A DNA stretch of 64,000 nucleotides from Eubacterium sp. (GTDB lineage Bacteria > Bacillota > Clostridia > Lachnospirales > Lachnospiraceae). The notes under the pieces were generated by a model, which ran no database searches, had not been told where the DNA came from, and was given only the letters and a program-made list of their open reading frames with translations. The translations under genes were made by a program, and so were the position numbers. Position 1 is the first letter of the stretch. Each line of letters starts with the position of its first letter. Shown here piece by piece: positions 25,589-34,727 of this stretch. The DNA lies in the NCBI GenBank assembly GCA_021769425.1, contig JAETSX010000003.1:69678-133677 (forward strand). Direction: 5' to 3'.

Positions 25589-27886
25589 ATGGAGGAAAGT
25601 ATGAGAGATCTGGTAATTGCTGTAACAGCAGCAAGCTACAGCGGAAATAAAGGCGCGGCTGCCATGCTGCAAAGCTCCATCAGCCAGTTGCAGGAAAGAT
25701 ATGGAGAGCGGCTGAATATAAATTTGATGTCAGTGTATCCGGGGGAAGACAGAAAACAGGTTCCCTATGATTTTGTGAAAATTGTGCCTGCAAAGCCGGA
25801 GCAGCTTGTATTTTTTGCCTTTCCTATGGCAATTCTGCACCGGATGTTCCGTTGGTGCGGACCCATTCGCAAATTGCTGGAAAAAAATAAAATCATCAAA
25901 GCCTACCGGAATACGGATCTGGTCATTGACGAGGCAGGAATTTCCTTTGTGGACAGCCGGGGATTTGTGATGAACACTTATGCATTTATCTGCGCGGCGG
26001 TGCCCCTTCTGGTGGGAACTCCGGTGGTAAAGTATTCCCAGGCTATGGGAACTTTCCATAATCCCTGGAATCGGTTCCTGGCAAAATGGATTTTGCCCAA
26101 GTTAAAACTGATTTGCGCCCGGGGCCAGGGCACCTATGACAATCTGAAAGAAATTGGAATTACAGAAAATGTAAAATTATGTGCGGACGGCGCATTTACC
26201 ATGAAAGATGACCAGGCATGTCAGGAAAAAGTCAGGGAGAGATGCGGGAAAGATCCATTTTTCCAGAAAGATGTGGTGGGTCTGTCCATCAGTTCTGTTG
26301 TACTGAAAAAATGCACCAAAATGGGCATTGATTATCAGAAAATCATGGTGGATTTTATTGCGTATCTGAATCAGAAGGGATATGGGGTTCTGATGATTGC
26401 CAATGCAGCCAGAATCAACAGCGAAAAGCCCAGAAATAATGATTTGATGATTGGTGACGCTATTTTTGGAAGCCTTTCCGATCAGACAAAGGTTCGGTGG
26501 TATCATGAAGAGATGGACGCCGAGGAGATTCGGGAGTATATCAGCCATTGTAAATATCTGGTGGCTTCCCGGTTCCATGCCATGATTGGCGCTTTGGAGA
26601 AAAAAGTGCCGGTGCTTCTGATTGGCTGGAGCCATAAATATCAGGAAGTGCTGGATATGTTTGAACTGGGCCAGTATGCGGCGGATTTCTCCAATCTGAA
26701 TATGGACAGCCTGAAGGAGAGTTTTGAGAATTTTGAAAAGGATGAAGCAGTGATTCGGGAGAAGCTAGAGAAAAACCATCGGCAGGTGATGGAAAGCTCC
26801 CGCCGGAATATTCAGTATATCGGAGAAGTGATAGATGAGATATTAAAACGGCCCCGTCGGACGCCAAAGCTGTTGGACTATAATAATCCGGAGTATTATG
26901 TGGGAGAATATGTTGCTTTGCGTAAGGGATATGCCAAAGAACAGGGAATTCGTGATTATGCAGCTTCCGGCGGTATGGTGACCGCTTTATTGTGCAATAT
27001 GCTGAAGCATGGAGATATTGACGGCGCCTGGGTCACCCGGACCGATTTTGTCAATGACGAATTGACTTATAAAACTTATATTGCCACAACGGAGCAGGAA
27101 ATCCGGGAGGCGTCTTCCAGCGTATATATGTCCATTCCGCTGCTAAAGCATATCGATCTTCTGGAGCAGTTTCCAGGAAAGGCAGCAGTTGTGATGACAC
27201 CCTGCATGATGCATGGACTGGAACAGATCCTGCGGAAACGGCCGGAATTAAGAGAAAAGGTGGTTTTAAAACTGGGGCTGTACTGCAGCGGAGGACACGA
27301 TAAAAGAGCTACGACCCTTTCCATGGAAAAAGCGGGCGTCAGCCCAAAAGGCGCCAAACGATTGTATTACAGAAGGGGCCACTGGCGGGGCATGTCTTCC
27401 GTGGTATATCAAAATGGAGAAGAAAAAACATTTTCTTATGCCAAATTAGTCTGTGCCTATAAAAATGCCTATTTCTTCGAAAGAGCCAGCTGTATGCGCT
27501 GTCATGACCATTTTGCAAAGAGTGCGGACATCAGTTTTGGAGATATCTGGCTGAAAGAGATGAAAAAAGTGAGCATTAAGCATACCAGCTGTGTGATCCG
27601 CAATCAGAAGGCACTGGAATACTTTAATCAGGCTGTGGCGGACGGGGCGCTGGAGGCTTCCCATATCAGCGGAAAAGATATGGTCAGAAGCCAGAAACGT
27701 GCACTGGTCTTTAAATACCGCTGTGCCGAAACGTCAGGAAAACGGAAATGGAACCATAAGCTGGCATATTACCTTGCGGAAAAGAACCGGAAGTTCTCGA
27801 TGGAGAAGCCGGAGAAACTGGAGAAAGCGCCTTCCTGGTTTATTTATTATTATATGTGCTTTATCCGGGTTCTGCTGAGCTTTTAG
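25589..27886 (+). CDS. Fusion protein: polysaccharide pyruvyl transferase (WcaK/CsaB-like) N-terminal domain plus FrhB/FdhB-like (coenzyme F420 hydrogenase beta C-terminal family) domain
   Basis: N-terminal domain: SYSGNKGAAAML...ASRFHAMIGALEKKVPVLLIGWSHK. C-terminal domain: ASGGMVTALLCNMLKHGDIDGAWV...CMRCHDHFAKSADISFGDIW. Confidence 0.6.
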   Translation: MEESMRDLVIAVTAASYSGNKGAAAMLQSSISQLQERYGERLNINLMSVYPGEDRKQVPYDFVKIVPAKPEQLVFFAFPMAILHRMFRWCGPIRKLLEKNKIIKAYRNTDLVIDEAGISFVDSRGFVMNTYAFICAAVPLLVGTPVVKYSQAMGTFHNPWNRFLAKWILPKLKLICARGQGTYDNLKEIGITENVKLCADGAFTMKDDQACQEKVRERCGKDPFFQKDVVGLSISSVVLKKCTKMGIDYQKIMVDFIAYLNQKGYGVLMIANAARINSEKPRNNDLMIGDAIFGSLSDQTKVRWYHEEMDAEEIREYISHCKYLVASRFHAMIGALEKKVPVLLIGWSHKYQEVLDMFELGQYAADFSNLNMDSLKESFENFEKDEAVIREKLEKNHRQVMESSRRNIQYIGEVIDEILKRPRRTPKLLDYNNPEYYVGEYVALRKGYAKEQGIRDYAASGGMVTALLCNMLKHGDIDGAWVTRTDFVNDELTYKTYIATTEQEIREASSSVYMSIPLLKHIDLLEQFPGKAAVVMTPCMMHGLEQILRKRPELREKVVLKLGLYCSGGHDKRATTLSMEKAGVSPKGAKRLYYRRGHWRGMSSVVYQNGEEKTFSYAKLVCAYKNAYFFERASCMRCHDHFAKSADISFGDIWLKEMKKVSIKHTSCVIRNQKALEYFNQAVADGALEASHISGKDMVRSQKRALVFKYRCAETSGKRKWNHKLAYYLAEKNRKFSMEKPEKLEKAPSWFIYYYMCFIRVLLSF

Positions 27887-27975
27887 CGGAAGTGAGTTCG
27901 TTACCGTTGGCAGCCAGTCAGGCTGGGGACTGTAACAAACTGTGGCTTTTGCGGTATCAGTAAGTGGCTTTGGGC

Positions 27976-28004
27976 TTGCGAATCCTTATCATTTGGGCTA
28001 TAAT
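27976..28004 (+). promoter_or_regulatory. Sigma-A-type promoter with a ~230-nt leader before ugd
   Basis: TTGCGA (27976-27981), a 17-nt spacer, then TATAAT (27999-28004). Confidence 0.6.
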
Positions 28005-28239
28005 ATGGAAAGCGTGTAGAATTTTAGCAGAAAAAGACAAGTCTGATTTCCAGCCGGATGGAGAACTTGGAATTCGGAAAAAGATAAAAAAGACAGCAGG
28101 TTGTGCGATTTTACGATAGGCACAGCTATACCCGTGAGCGAAATCATTTGCCGACAGATCTTTCACAGCTTTGAGAAAAAAGCAAATGAGTATGCTCGTG
28201 AGTATAAAACAGGGATGAAATACAATTGGAGGAAAAATA

Positions 28240-29424
28240 ATGAAAATTGCAGTAGCAGGGACCGGTTACGTAGGATTATCCATGGCAGTATTGTTGTCAC
28301 AGCATCACGAGGTGTACGCAGTGGATATTGTGCCGGAAAAAGTAGAGATGCTGAATCATAAAAAATCTCCTATCGTAGATAAGGAGATAGAAGAATACCT
28401 GTCAGGCAAAGAACTGAGCCTGACAGCTACATTGGATGGGGAGGAAGCTTACCGCAAGGCGGAATTTGTGATCATTTCCACTCCCACTAATTATGATCCC
28501 AGGAAAAATTATTTTGACACATCTTCTGTGGAAAAAGTTATAGAATTGGTATTGAAAGTAAATCCTGACTGTACTATGGTGGTGAAATCTACCGTTCCCG
28601 TAGGATTTACAAAATCTATGCAGGACAGGTATCAGACAAAAAACATCCTGTTTTCACCGGAATTTCTGCGGGAAGGAAGAGCCTTGTATGACAATTTGTA
28701 TCCTTCCAGGATTATCGTAGGTTCTCCGGCGGGGGATGAAGCTATGGCAGAGAAAGCCAGGATTTTTGCGGGACTGTTAAAAGAAGGGGCTATCAAAGAA
28801 GAAATTCCCACTCTTTTTACCAATCTGACAGAAGCAGAAGCGATTAAACTGTTTGCCAATACCTATCTGGCGCTGCGTGTAGCGTATTTCAACGAGTTAG
28901 ACACATATGCAGAAATGAGGGGCCTGGATTCCAAACAGATTATTGAAGGCGTGGGTTTGGACCCGAGAATTGGAAATCACTATAACAATCCATCCTTTGG
29001 GTACGGCGGTTACTGTCTGCCCAAAGACACCAAGCAGCTTCTGGCCAATTATGACCATGTGCCGAATAATATTATCGGAGCAATCGTAGATGCCAACCGG
29101 ACCCGAAAAGACTTTATTGCAGAACGCATTATGGAGCGTAATCCCAGAACAGTTGGGGTATACCGTCTGACTATGAAATCGGATTCCGATAATTTCCGCC
29201 AGTCCTCCATTCAGGGGGTTATGAAGCGGCTGAAAGCAAAAGGTGTGGAAGTAATTGTATATGAACCCACCATGAAAGAAGAAGAATTCTTCCGCAGCAA
29301 AGTGTACCGGGATTTGCAGGAATTTAAGCAGAAAAGCGATGTCATCATTGTAAATCGTTGGGACGATAAGCTGGAAGATGTGAAAGAAAAAGTATATACC
29401 CGAGATTTGTGGGGAAGGGATTAG
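28240..29424 (+). CDS. ugd: UDP-glucose 6-dehydrogenase
   Basis: [19 protein letters not shown] Rossmann start, the catalytic region [11 protein letters not shown], and a 394-aa HasB-type length. Confidence 0.85.
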   Translation: MKIAVAGTGYVGLSMAVLLSQHHEVYAVDIVPEKVEMLNHKKSPIVDKEIEEYLSGKELSLTATLDGEEAYRKAEFVIISTPTNYDPRKNYFDTSSVEKVIELVLKVNPDCTMVVKSTVPVGFTKSMQDRYQTKNILFSPEFLREGRALYDNLYPSRIIVGSPAGDEAMAEKARIFAGLLKEGAIKEEIPTLFTNLTEAEAIKLFANTYLALRVAYFNELDTYAEMRGLDSKQIIEGVGLDPRIGNHYNNPSFGYGGYCLPKDTKQLLANYDHVPNNIIGAIVDANRTRKDFIAERIMERNPRTVGVYRLTMKSDSDNFRQSSIQGVMKRLKAKGVEVIVYEPTMKEEEFFRSKVYRDLQEFKQKSDVIIVNRWDDKLEDVKEKVYTRDLWGRD

Positions 29425-29505
29425 AGAATTTGTGGGGAAAGTGGATTATACTTTAAAGTATATACCCGAGAATTGTAAGGATGAAAGTAGAAAGAGGACA
29501 AAAGT

Positions 29506-31359
29506 GTGAGAACAATAGTAGACAGCAATCAGATTCTGATAAAAAGGATATTTCTGATTCTTTATGATATCATAGCGGTAGTAGTCGCCAGCCTGATGGC
29601 GCTGTTCATTCGTTTTGAAGGAAACTATGCCTCAATTCCGCGGGGTTACATTACCCAGAGTTTGAAATACGTTCCGGTGGTGATTGTGGCAACTCTGATT
29701 ATATTTTACTGTTTCCGGCTCTACAGCAGCCTGTGGACTTTTGCCGGAGCGCCGGAACTAATTAATATTACCTTTGCCTGCGGATTATCCGCAGTAGTCC
29801 AGATGGCTGTAGTTGTGCTTTTTTCCATAAATATGCCCAGAAGTTTTTATTTTCTATATGGGGTTTCTCTGTGGATTCTGGTATTTTTAAGCCGGTTTTC
29901 CTATCGTGGAATCCGTACCCTGATCAAACGGCAGGCAAGCGGAGCGGCAACATCCAGAGTGATGATTGTAGGGGCAGGAGCGGCAGGTAACCTGCTGGTG
30001 AAAGAGATACGCAACAGCAACCATGTGAGCAAACGGGTGATTTGTATTGTGGATGATGATAAGTCCAAGGAGGGCAGTTACCTTCACGGTGTGAAAGTCA
30101 TGGGGAACCGGCAGAATATTCCGGAATTGGTAAAGAGGTATCGGATAGACGAGATTATTATTGCCATGCCTTCTGCCCCTGCTAAATCTATCAAGGCTGT
30201 TCTGGACGTCTGCAAAGAGACGGGATGCGATCTGAAGCGTCTGCCCGGAGTGTATCAGCTGGTAAACGGCGAGGTAGGCATCAGCAAATTAAAGGAAGTA
30301 GACGTGAACGATTTGCTGGGCCGGGAGCCTGTGAAAGTCAATCTGTCCACAATTATGGATTATGTGTCTGGCAAAGTGGTGTTGGTAACTGGCGGAGGCG
30401 GCTCCATCGGAAGCGAGATCTGCCGGCAGGTGGCGGAGCATCATCCGAAAATGCTGGTGCTGGTGGATATTTATGAGAATACCACATATGATATTCAAAA
30501 TGAGCTGAAAAATAAGTATCCGGAATTGAATCTGGTGGTATTAATTGCTTCTGTCCGTAATACCAAACGAATGGATATGATATTTGAGACCTACCGGCCG
30601 GATATTGTATATCATGCCGCTGCTCATAAACATGTGCCTCTGATGGAGGACAGCCCTAACGAGGCAGTGAAAAATAATGTCCTGGGCACCTGGAAGGTAG
30701 TGCAGGCAGCAGATGAGTGGAAGGTAAAACGGTTTGTGATGATTTCCACAGACAAAGCGGTTAATCCTACCAATATCATGGGAGCCACCAAGCGGATCTG
30801 CGAGATGATTATTCAGACTTATAATAACCGATCCCGCACAGAATTTGTGGCAGTGCGTTTTGGAAATGTGTTAGGAAGCAACGGCAGCGTGATCCCCTTA
30901 TTCAAAAAACAAATCGAGCAGGGAGGGCCTGTTACGGTGACGCATCCGGATATCATCCGATATTTTATGACTATTCCTGAGGCAGTTTCCCTGGTGCTTC
31001 AGGCAGGAGCCTATGCCAAAGGCGGAGAGATTTTCGTGCTGGATATGGGAGAGCCTGTGAAGATTGCGGATTTGGCCAGGAACTTGATTCTGTTGTCCGG
31101 CCATAAGCCGGGAGAGGATATTCAGATTGTTTATACTGGTCTGCGGCCGGGAGAGAAGCTTTATGAAGAAATGCTGATGCATGAGGAAGGGCTGCAGGAG
31201 ACGGCAAATAAGTTGATTCATATTGGAAAGCCCATCAAAATGGATGAAGATAATTTCCTGATGCAGCTGGAGAATCTGAAGGATTATGTTGTGCAGGAGC
31301 CGGACGATATCCGGAAATGGGTGCAGGAGATTGTGCCTACGTATCATCCGAAGGAATAG
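29506..31359 (+). CDS. Membrane-anchored nucleotide-sugar 4,6-dehydratase (CapD/PglF/WbpM family)
   Basis: 4 N-terminal TMs, two Rossmann motifs (VMIVGAGAAGN, VLVTGGGGSIGSE) and ISTDKAVNPTNIMGATKR. GTG start. Confidence 0.8.
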   Translation: MRTIVDSNQILIKRIFLILYDIIAVVVASLMALFIRFEGNYASIPRGYITQSLKYVPVVIVATLIIFYCFRLYSSLWTFAGAPELINITFACGLSAVVQMAVVVLFSINMPRSFYFLYGVSLWILVFLSRFSYRGIRTLIKRQASGAATSRVMIVGAGAAGNLLVKEIRNSNHVSKRVICIVDDDKSKEGSYLHGVKVMGNRQNIPELVKRYRIDEIIIAMPSAPAKSIKAVLDVCKETGCDLKRLPGVYQLVNGEVGISKLKEVDVNDLLGREPVKVNLSTIMDYVSGKVVLVTGGGGSIGSEICRQVAEHHPKMLVLVDIYENTTYDIQNELKNKYPELNLVVLIASVRNTKRMDMIFETYRPDIVYHAAAHKHVPLMEDSPNEAVKNNVLGTWKVVQAADEWKVKRFVMISTDKAVNPTNIMGATKRICEMIIQTYNNRSRTEFVAVRFGNVLGSNGSVIPLFKKQIEQGGPVTVTHPDIIRYFMTIPEAVSLVLQAGAYAKGGEIFVLDMGEPVKIADLARNLILLSGHKPGEDIQIVYTGLRPGEKLYEEMLMHEEGLQETANKLIHIGKPIKMDEDNFLMQLENLKDYVVQEPDDIRKWVQEIVPTYHPKE

Positions 31360-31380
31360 TATGAATTCTGAAATATGAAA

Positions 31381-31476
31381 GGGGCTGTCGGAAATGAGAT
31401 TTACAAACAATATATAGTCTGAATCCCAAAAATTTCAGCTATATATTGTGGAAAATTTCCATTTCCTGACAGTTCC
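31381..31476. repeat. Nested imperfect palindrome immediately after the dehydratase gene, at the left edge of the island
   Basis: Inner arms caatatatagtctgaa (31408-31423) and ttcagctatatattg (31434-31448). Outer arms ggctgtcggaaatgagattt and aaatttccatttcctgacagttcc. Confidence 0.6.
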
Positions 31477-31592
31477 TTTGTCATATAGTCAATTTATAAT
31501 TAGGAGTTTATTATACAGCATGTATTGTGTATGATGGGAGTAAAATGACATCCTGAAACGATATATTGAAAGAAACGGAGGTGGAGTGACGT

Positions 31593-33200
31593 ATGAAGCC
31601 ATTGCCAATTGGGGTAGATGATTTTGAAAAGCTTATCACAAAAAATTATTATTATGTTGATAAGACATTGTTTATAAAAGAATTGTTGGATAAACGCGGC
31701 ACGGTGAATTTGTTTACCCGTCCAAGACGTTTTGGAAAGACGTTGAATTTAAGCATGCTTCGCTATTATTTTGAAAATACAGGAGTTGAGGAAAAGAACC
31801 GGAAGAATAGGGAACTTTTCTCAGGTCTTGCTATCGAAAAAGCAGGAGAAGCATACATGAAAGAAGTGTGCTGTTATCCAGTTATTATGGTAACCCTTAC
31901 ATCTGCAAAGCAGAGAGTATATCAAGAGGCTATGGTCTGTCTGCAAGAAGCATTGGCAGAGGAATATGCCAGACATGAAAAACAGGTGGAGGGAAAACTT
32001 AAAAATCAAGGAGATTGGCAAAAGTATATGCGTATCCGAGAACAGTGCGGGGAAGATACAGATTATCTGACCAGCCTTGCGTTCCTGTCTAAATGTTTGT
32101 ATCAGGTGTATCAAAAGAAAATCATTATATTGATTGATGAGTATGACGTTCCTTTGGAAAATGCATATTTTGCGGGATTTTATGAAGAAATGGTGAGTTT
32201 CATTCGTTCCCTGTTTGAATCAGCGTTAAAAACGAATCCCTATCTTGAATTTGCAGTGGCAACCGGTTGTCTGAGAGTATCCAAAGAATATATTTTTACC
32301 GGGCTGAATAATCTGAGGGTTTATTCTGTTTTAAATGAGAATTATCAGGAATATTTTGGGTTTACAAAGGGAGAGGTTCAGGATATGCTGGAATATTATG
32401 GTCGGGTGAAAAATCTTCCAGTTATACAGGAATGGTACGACGGATATTGTTTTGGAAGTGCAGAGGTTTATAATCCATGGAGTATTTTGAATCATATGGA
32501 GGATATTCTTACAAATCAGGAGGCGTTTCCCGTACCGTATTGGGCCAATACCAGTTCCAATAGTGTAGTGCGGGATTTGGTGGAAAAATTAGGCGATGAT
32601 ACAGGAATGCTTCAGGAACAATTGGAATGTCTGATGAATGGCGGAACCATTGAAAAGGCGGTTCGTGAAGATATCACATATGACGCCGTATACGATCATG
32701 AGGATAATCTGTGGAATTTCCTGTTTTTTACCGGGTATTTGAAGAAAGTATCGGTTCGGCAGGAAGGAAATGTCCCATACGTCACTCTGGCAGTTCCCAA
32801 CCGGGAAGTCTCGTATATTTATCAGTATTCTATCCATAGCTGGTTTGATAAGAAGCAAAAGAATTTTGATATGCTGCCTTTTTATACGGCTCTGGAAGAG
32901 GGTGACACGGATAAAATGGAAGAAGAAATTTCCGGATTCCTGGAGCAGACGATCAGCTATTTTGACTATGGGGAAAGCTATTATCATGGATTTTTGGCAG
33001 GATTGCTGCAGCGGAATGGAAAATACCGTATTCTTTCTAACCGGGAGGCCGGATTGGGCCGGGCGGATCTGATCTTGAAAACGCCCAGAATCCGCAAAGG
33101 GCGGGCGGTGATACTGGAATTAAAAGCTGTAAAAAGGTTCCAGGACATGGAAAAAGGCTGCCGGGAGGCGCTTATGCAGATAGAAAAAAAAGAAATTTAA
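31593..33200 (+). CDS. P-loop ATPase (predicted AAA-ATPase, PF09820-type) fused to a PD-(D/E)XK nuclease-like domain; the C-terminus is cut short at an A8 tract
   Basis: MKPLPIGVDDFEKLITKNYYYVDKTLFIKELL...RPRRFGKT (Walker A), ILIDEYD (Walker B) and the C-terminal GRADLIL...VILELK. The -1 frame after A8 (33184-33191) continues with EELQQEGYENIMGYGLCFYRKECIV. Confidence 0.75.
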   Translation: MKPLPIGVDDFEKLITKNYYYVDKTLFIKELLDKRGTVNLFTRPRRFGKTLNLSMLRYYFENTGVEEKNRKNRELFSGLAIEKAGEAYMKEVCCYPVIMVTLTSAKQRVYQEAMVCLQEALAEEYARHEKQVEGKLKNQGDWQKYMRIREQCGEDTDYLTSLAFLSKCLYQVYQKKIIILIDEYDVPLENAYFAGFYEEMVSFIRSLFESALKTNPYLEFAVATGCLRVSKEYIFTGLNNLRVYSVLNENYQEYFGFTKGEVQDMLEYYGRVKNLPVIQEWYDGYCFGSAEVYNPWSILNHMEDILTNQEAFPVPYWANTSSNSVVRDLVEKLGDDTGMLQEQLECLMNGGTIEKAVREDITYDAVYDHEDNLWNFLFFTGYLKKVSVRQEGNVPYVTLAVPNREVSYIYQYSIHSWFDKKQKNFDMLPFYTALEEGDTDKMEEEISGFLEQTISYFDYGESYYHGFLAGLLQRNGKYRILSNREAGLGRADLILKTPRIRKGRAVILELKAVKRFQDMEKGCREALMQIEKKEI

Positions 33201-33280
33201 AGAGGAACTGCAGCAGGAAGGGTATGAGAATATTATGGGGTATGGATTGTGTTTTTACCGGAAGGAGTGTATAGTTAGAA

Positions 33281-34390
33281 ATGGGGAGACTCAATAAAAA
33301 TAATTTTCAAGAAAATTTATCGCGCTTTACAGAGTTAGGAGATTCCATACATGGCAATTCTATGGAGGAAATGGAACAAAAGCTCAATGAAATGGAAAGT
33401 GTCTTTCAGCAGTATGCTGGAGAATGGGAGATAATGGATAAATTTCCAATAGAGAAAATGGCCGATGGCATGTGCAAACTGGGGCAGAAATATTATAAAT
33501 CAGAACGGTATTGGGATGCGCTGTTTTGGTGTAGGCAGGCAGGGGTGTATTATAATATGGCATTTGGGCAGCAATCGTTTGCAGCTGCTGAATGTAACGT
33601 ATGGCTTGGAATGATATGCTATGAGTTGGGAAATTACACAGAGTCTCTAAAATGGTGTATGGATGCCCTGCTTATGAGAGAAAATCTGCAAAACAGCGGG
33701 TTTCAGGATAATTTGCAGATTTATTTTACAATAGCCAGAAATTATATCATGAAAGGATATTATATGGCAGCGGAAGAGCTGTTCATGAGAATATATGAGA
33801 ATACAGAGGATAAAGATTACCACTCAGAAATTTTCCGGAATATGGGAATTCTCTGTGATAAGCAGGGGGACAATCGGAATGCACTGACCTGGTTTATGAA
33901 GGCGGTAAAAATCAAAGAGGAATTATATGGGCAGGGAAGTTTAGAGGCTGCTGGATTGTACAACAGCTTAGGGATTATTTATTGCAATATAAAAAAGTAT
34001 GCGGAAGCAGAAGAGTATTTGATGCGTTCTTTGGAGATTAAGGAAGAACAGCTTTCGTCAAATAGCATTTCATTGTCCAACACCTATCATCAGTTGGGGA
34101 ATCTGGAAGCATCCAGAGAACAATTTGCCAAAGCATTGGAATGGCATGAAAAATCATTAAACATTCGCATATCGGCGCTGGATGCCGGGCATCCCCTGAT
34201 TGCAGATACTTTTTTGTCAATAGGCGGAATTTATATCAGAGCGGGAGATTATGTGAAAGCGCTGGATTATAATAAAAGATCCTTGGAGATCTACATACAG
34301 AGTCTTGGAAGAGATCATAAACATACAAAATCGGTGATGAATAATGTGAAAATGCTGGAAATGCAGCTGCAAATAGATAAGGGGGAATAA
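33281..34390 (+). CDS. Tetratricopeptide (TPR_12-like) repeat protein
   Basis: About 7 repeats of the type AxxYxxLGxxYxxxGxYxxAxxYxxxxLxI, for example NTYHQLGNLEASREQFAKALEWHEKSLNI. Confidence 0.75.
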   Translation: MGRLNKNNFQENLSRFTELGDSIHGNSMEEMEQKLNEMESVFQQYAGEWEIMDKFPIEKMADGMCKLGQKYYKSERYWDALFWCRQAGVYYNMAFGQQSFAAAECNVWLGMICYELGNYTESLKWCMDALLMRENLQNSGFQDNLQIYFTIARNYIMKGYYMAAEELFMRIYENTEDKDYHSEIFRNMGILCDKQGDNRNALTWFMKAVKIKEELYGQGSLEAAGLYNSLGIIYCNIKKYAEAEEYLMRSLEIKEEQLSSNSISLSNTYHQLGNLEASREQFAKALEWHEKSLNIRISALDAGHPLIADTFLSIGGIYIRAGDYVKALDYNKRSLEIYIQSLGRDHKHTKSVMNNVKMLEMQLQIDKGE

Positions 34391-34391
34391 T

Positions 34392-34727
34392 ATGAAAACA
34401 AATATGGTTTTGTCATTTTGCAATTTACAGGATGAAAGCGAATTAGAATCAGCGTTGGATGAATTGGAAGGAATCAATTACGAGAAAATCAACTCAAAGG
34501 GTTTTGACGGGGTGGAAATGATTATGTATGTTTTATCAATTGGAGGAGGCGTAGTCGTTACACAGCTTGCAAAGATTATCATTACCCTGATCAAGAAAAA
34601 TGATAATCTGCGGATAAAAATCGGAGATGTGGAAATAAGCGGCTATTCGCCTGATGTAATTCCAAAAATATTAGATTCCGCCATTGAATATCACAGGAAG
34701 AAGATGGAAATTGAAAATGACGGTTGA
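34392..34727 (+). CDS. Small (111 aa) protein with a Gly-rich hydrophobic core; resembles effector-associated constant-component (EACC1-like) proteins
   Basis: ESELESALDEL helix, GFDGVEMIMYVLSIGGGVVVTQLAKIIITLI, then LRIKIGDVEISGYSPDVIPKIL. It starts 1 nt after the TPR gene stop. The resemblance is from memory only. Confidence 0.4.
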   Translation: MKTNMVLSFCNLQDESELESALDELEGINYEKINSKGFDGVEMIMYVLSIGGGVVVTQLAKIIITLIKKNDNLRIKIGDVEISGYSPDVIPKILDSAIEYHRKKMEIENDG

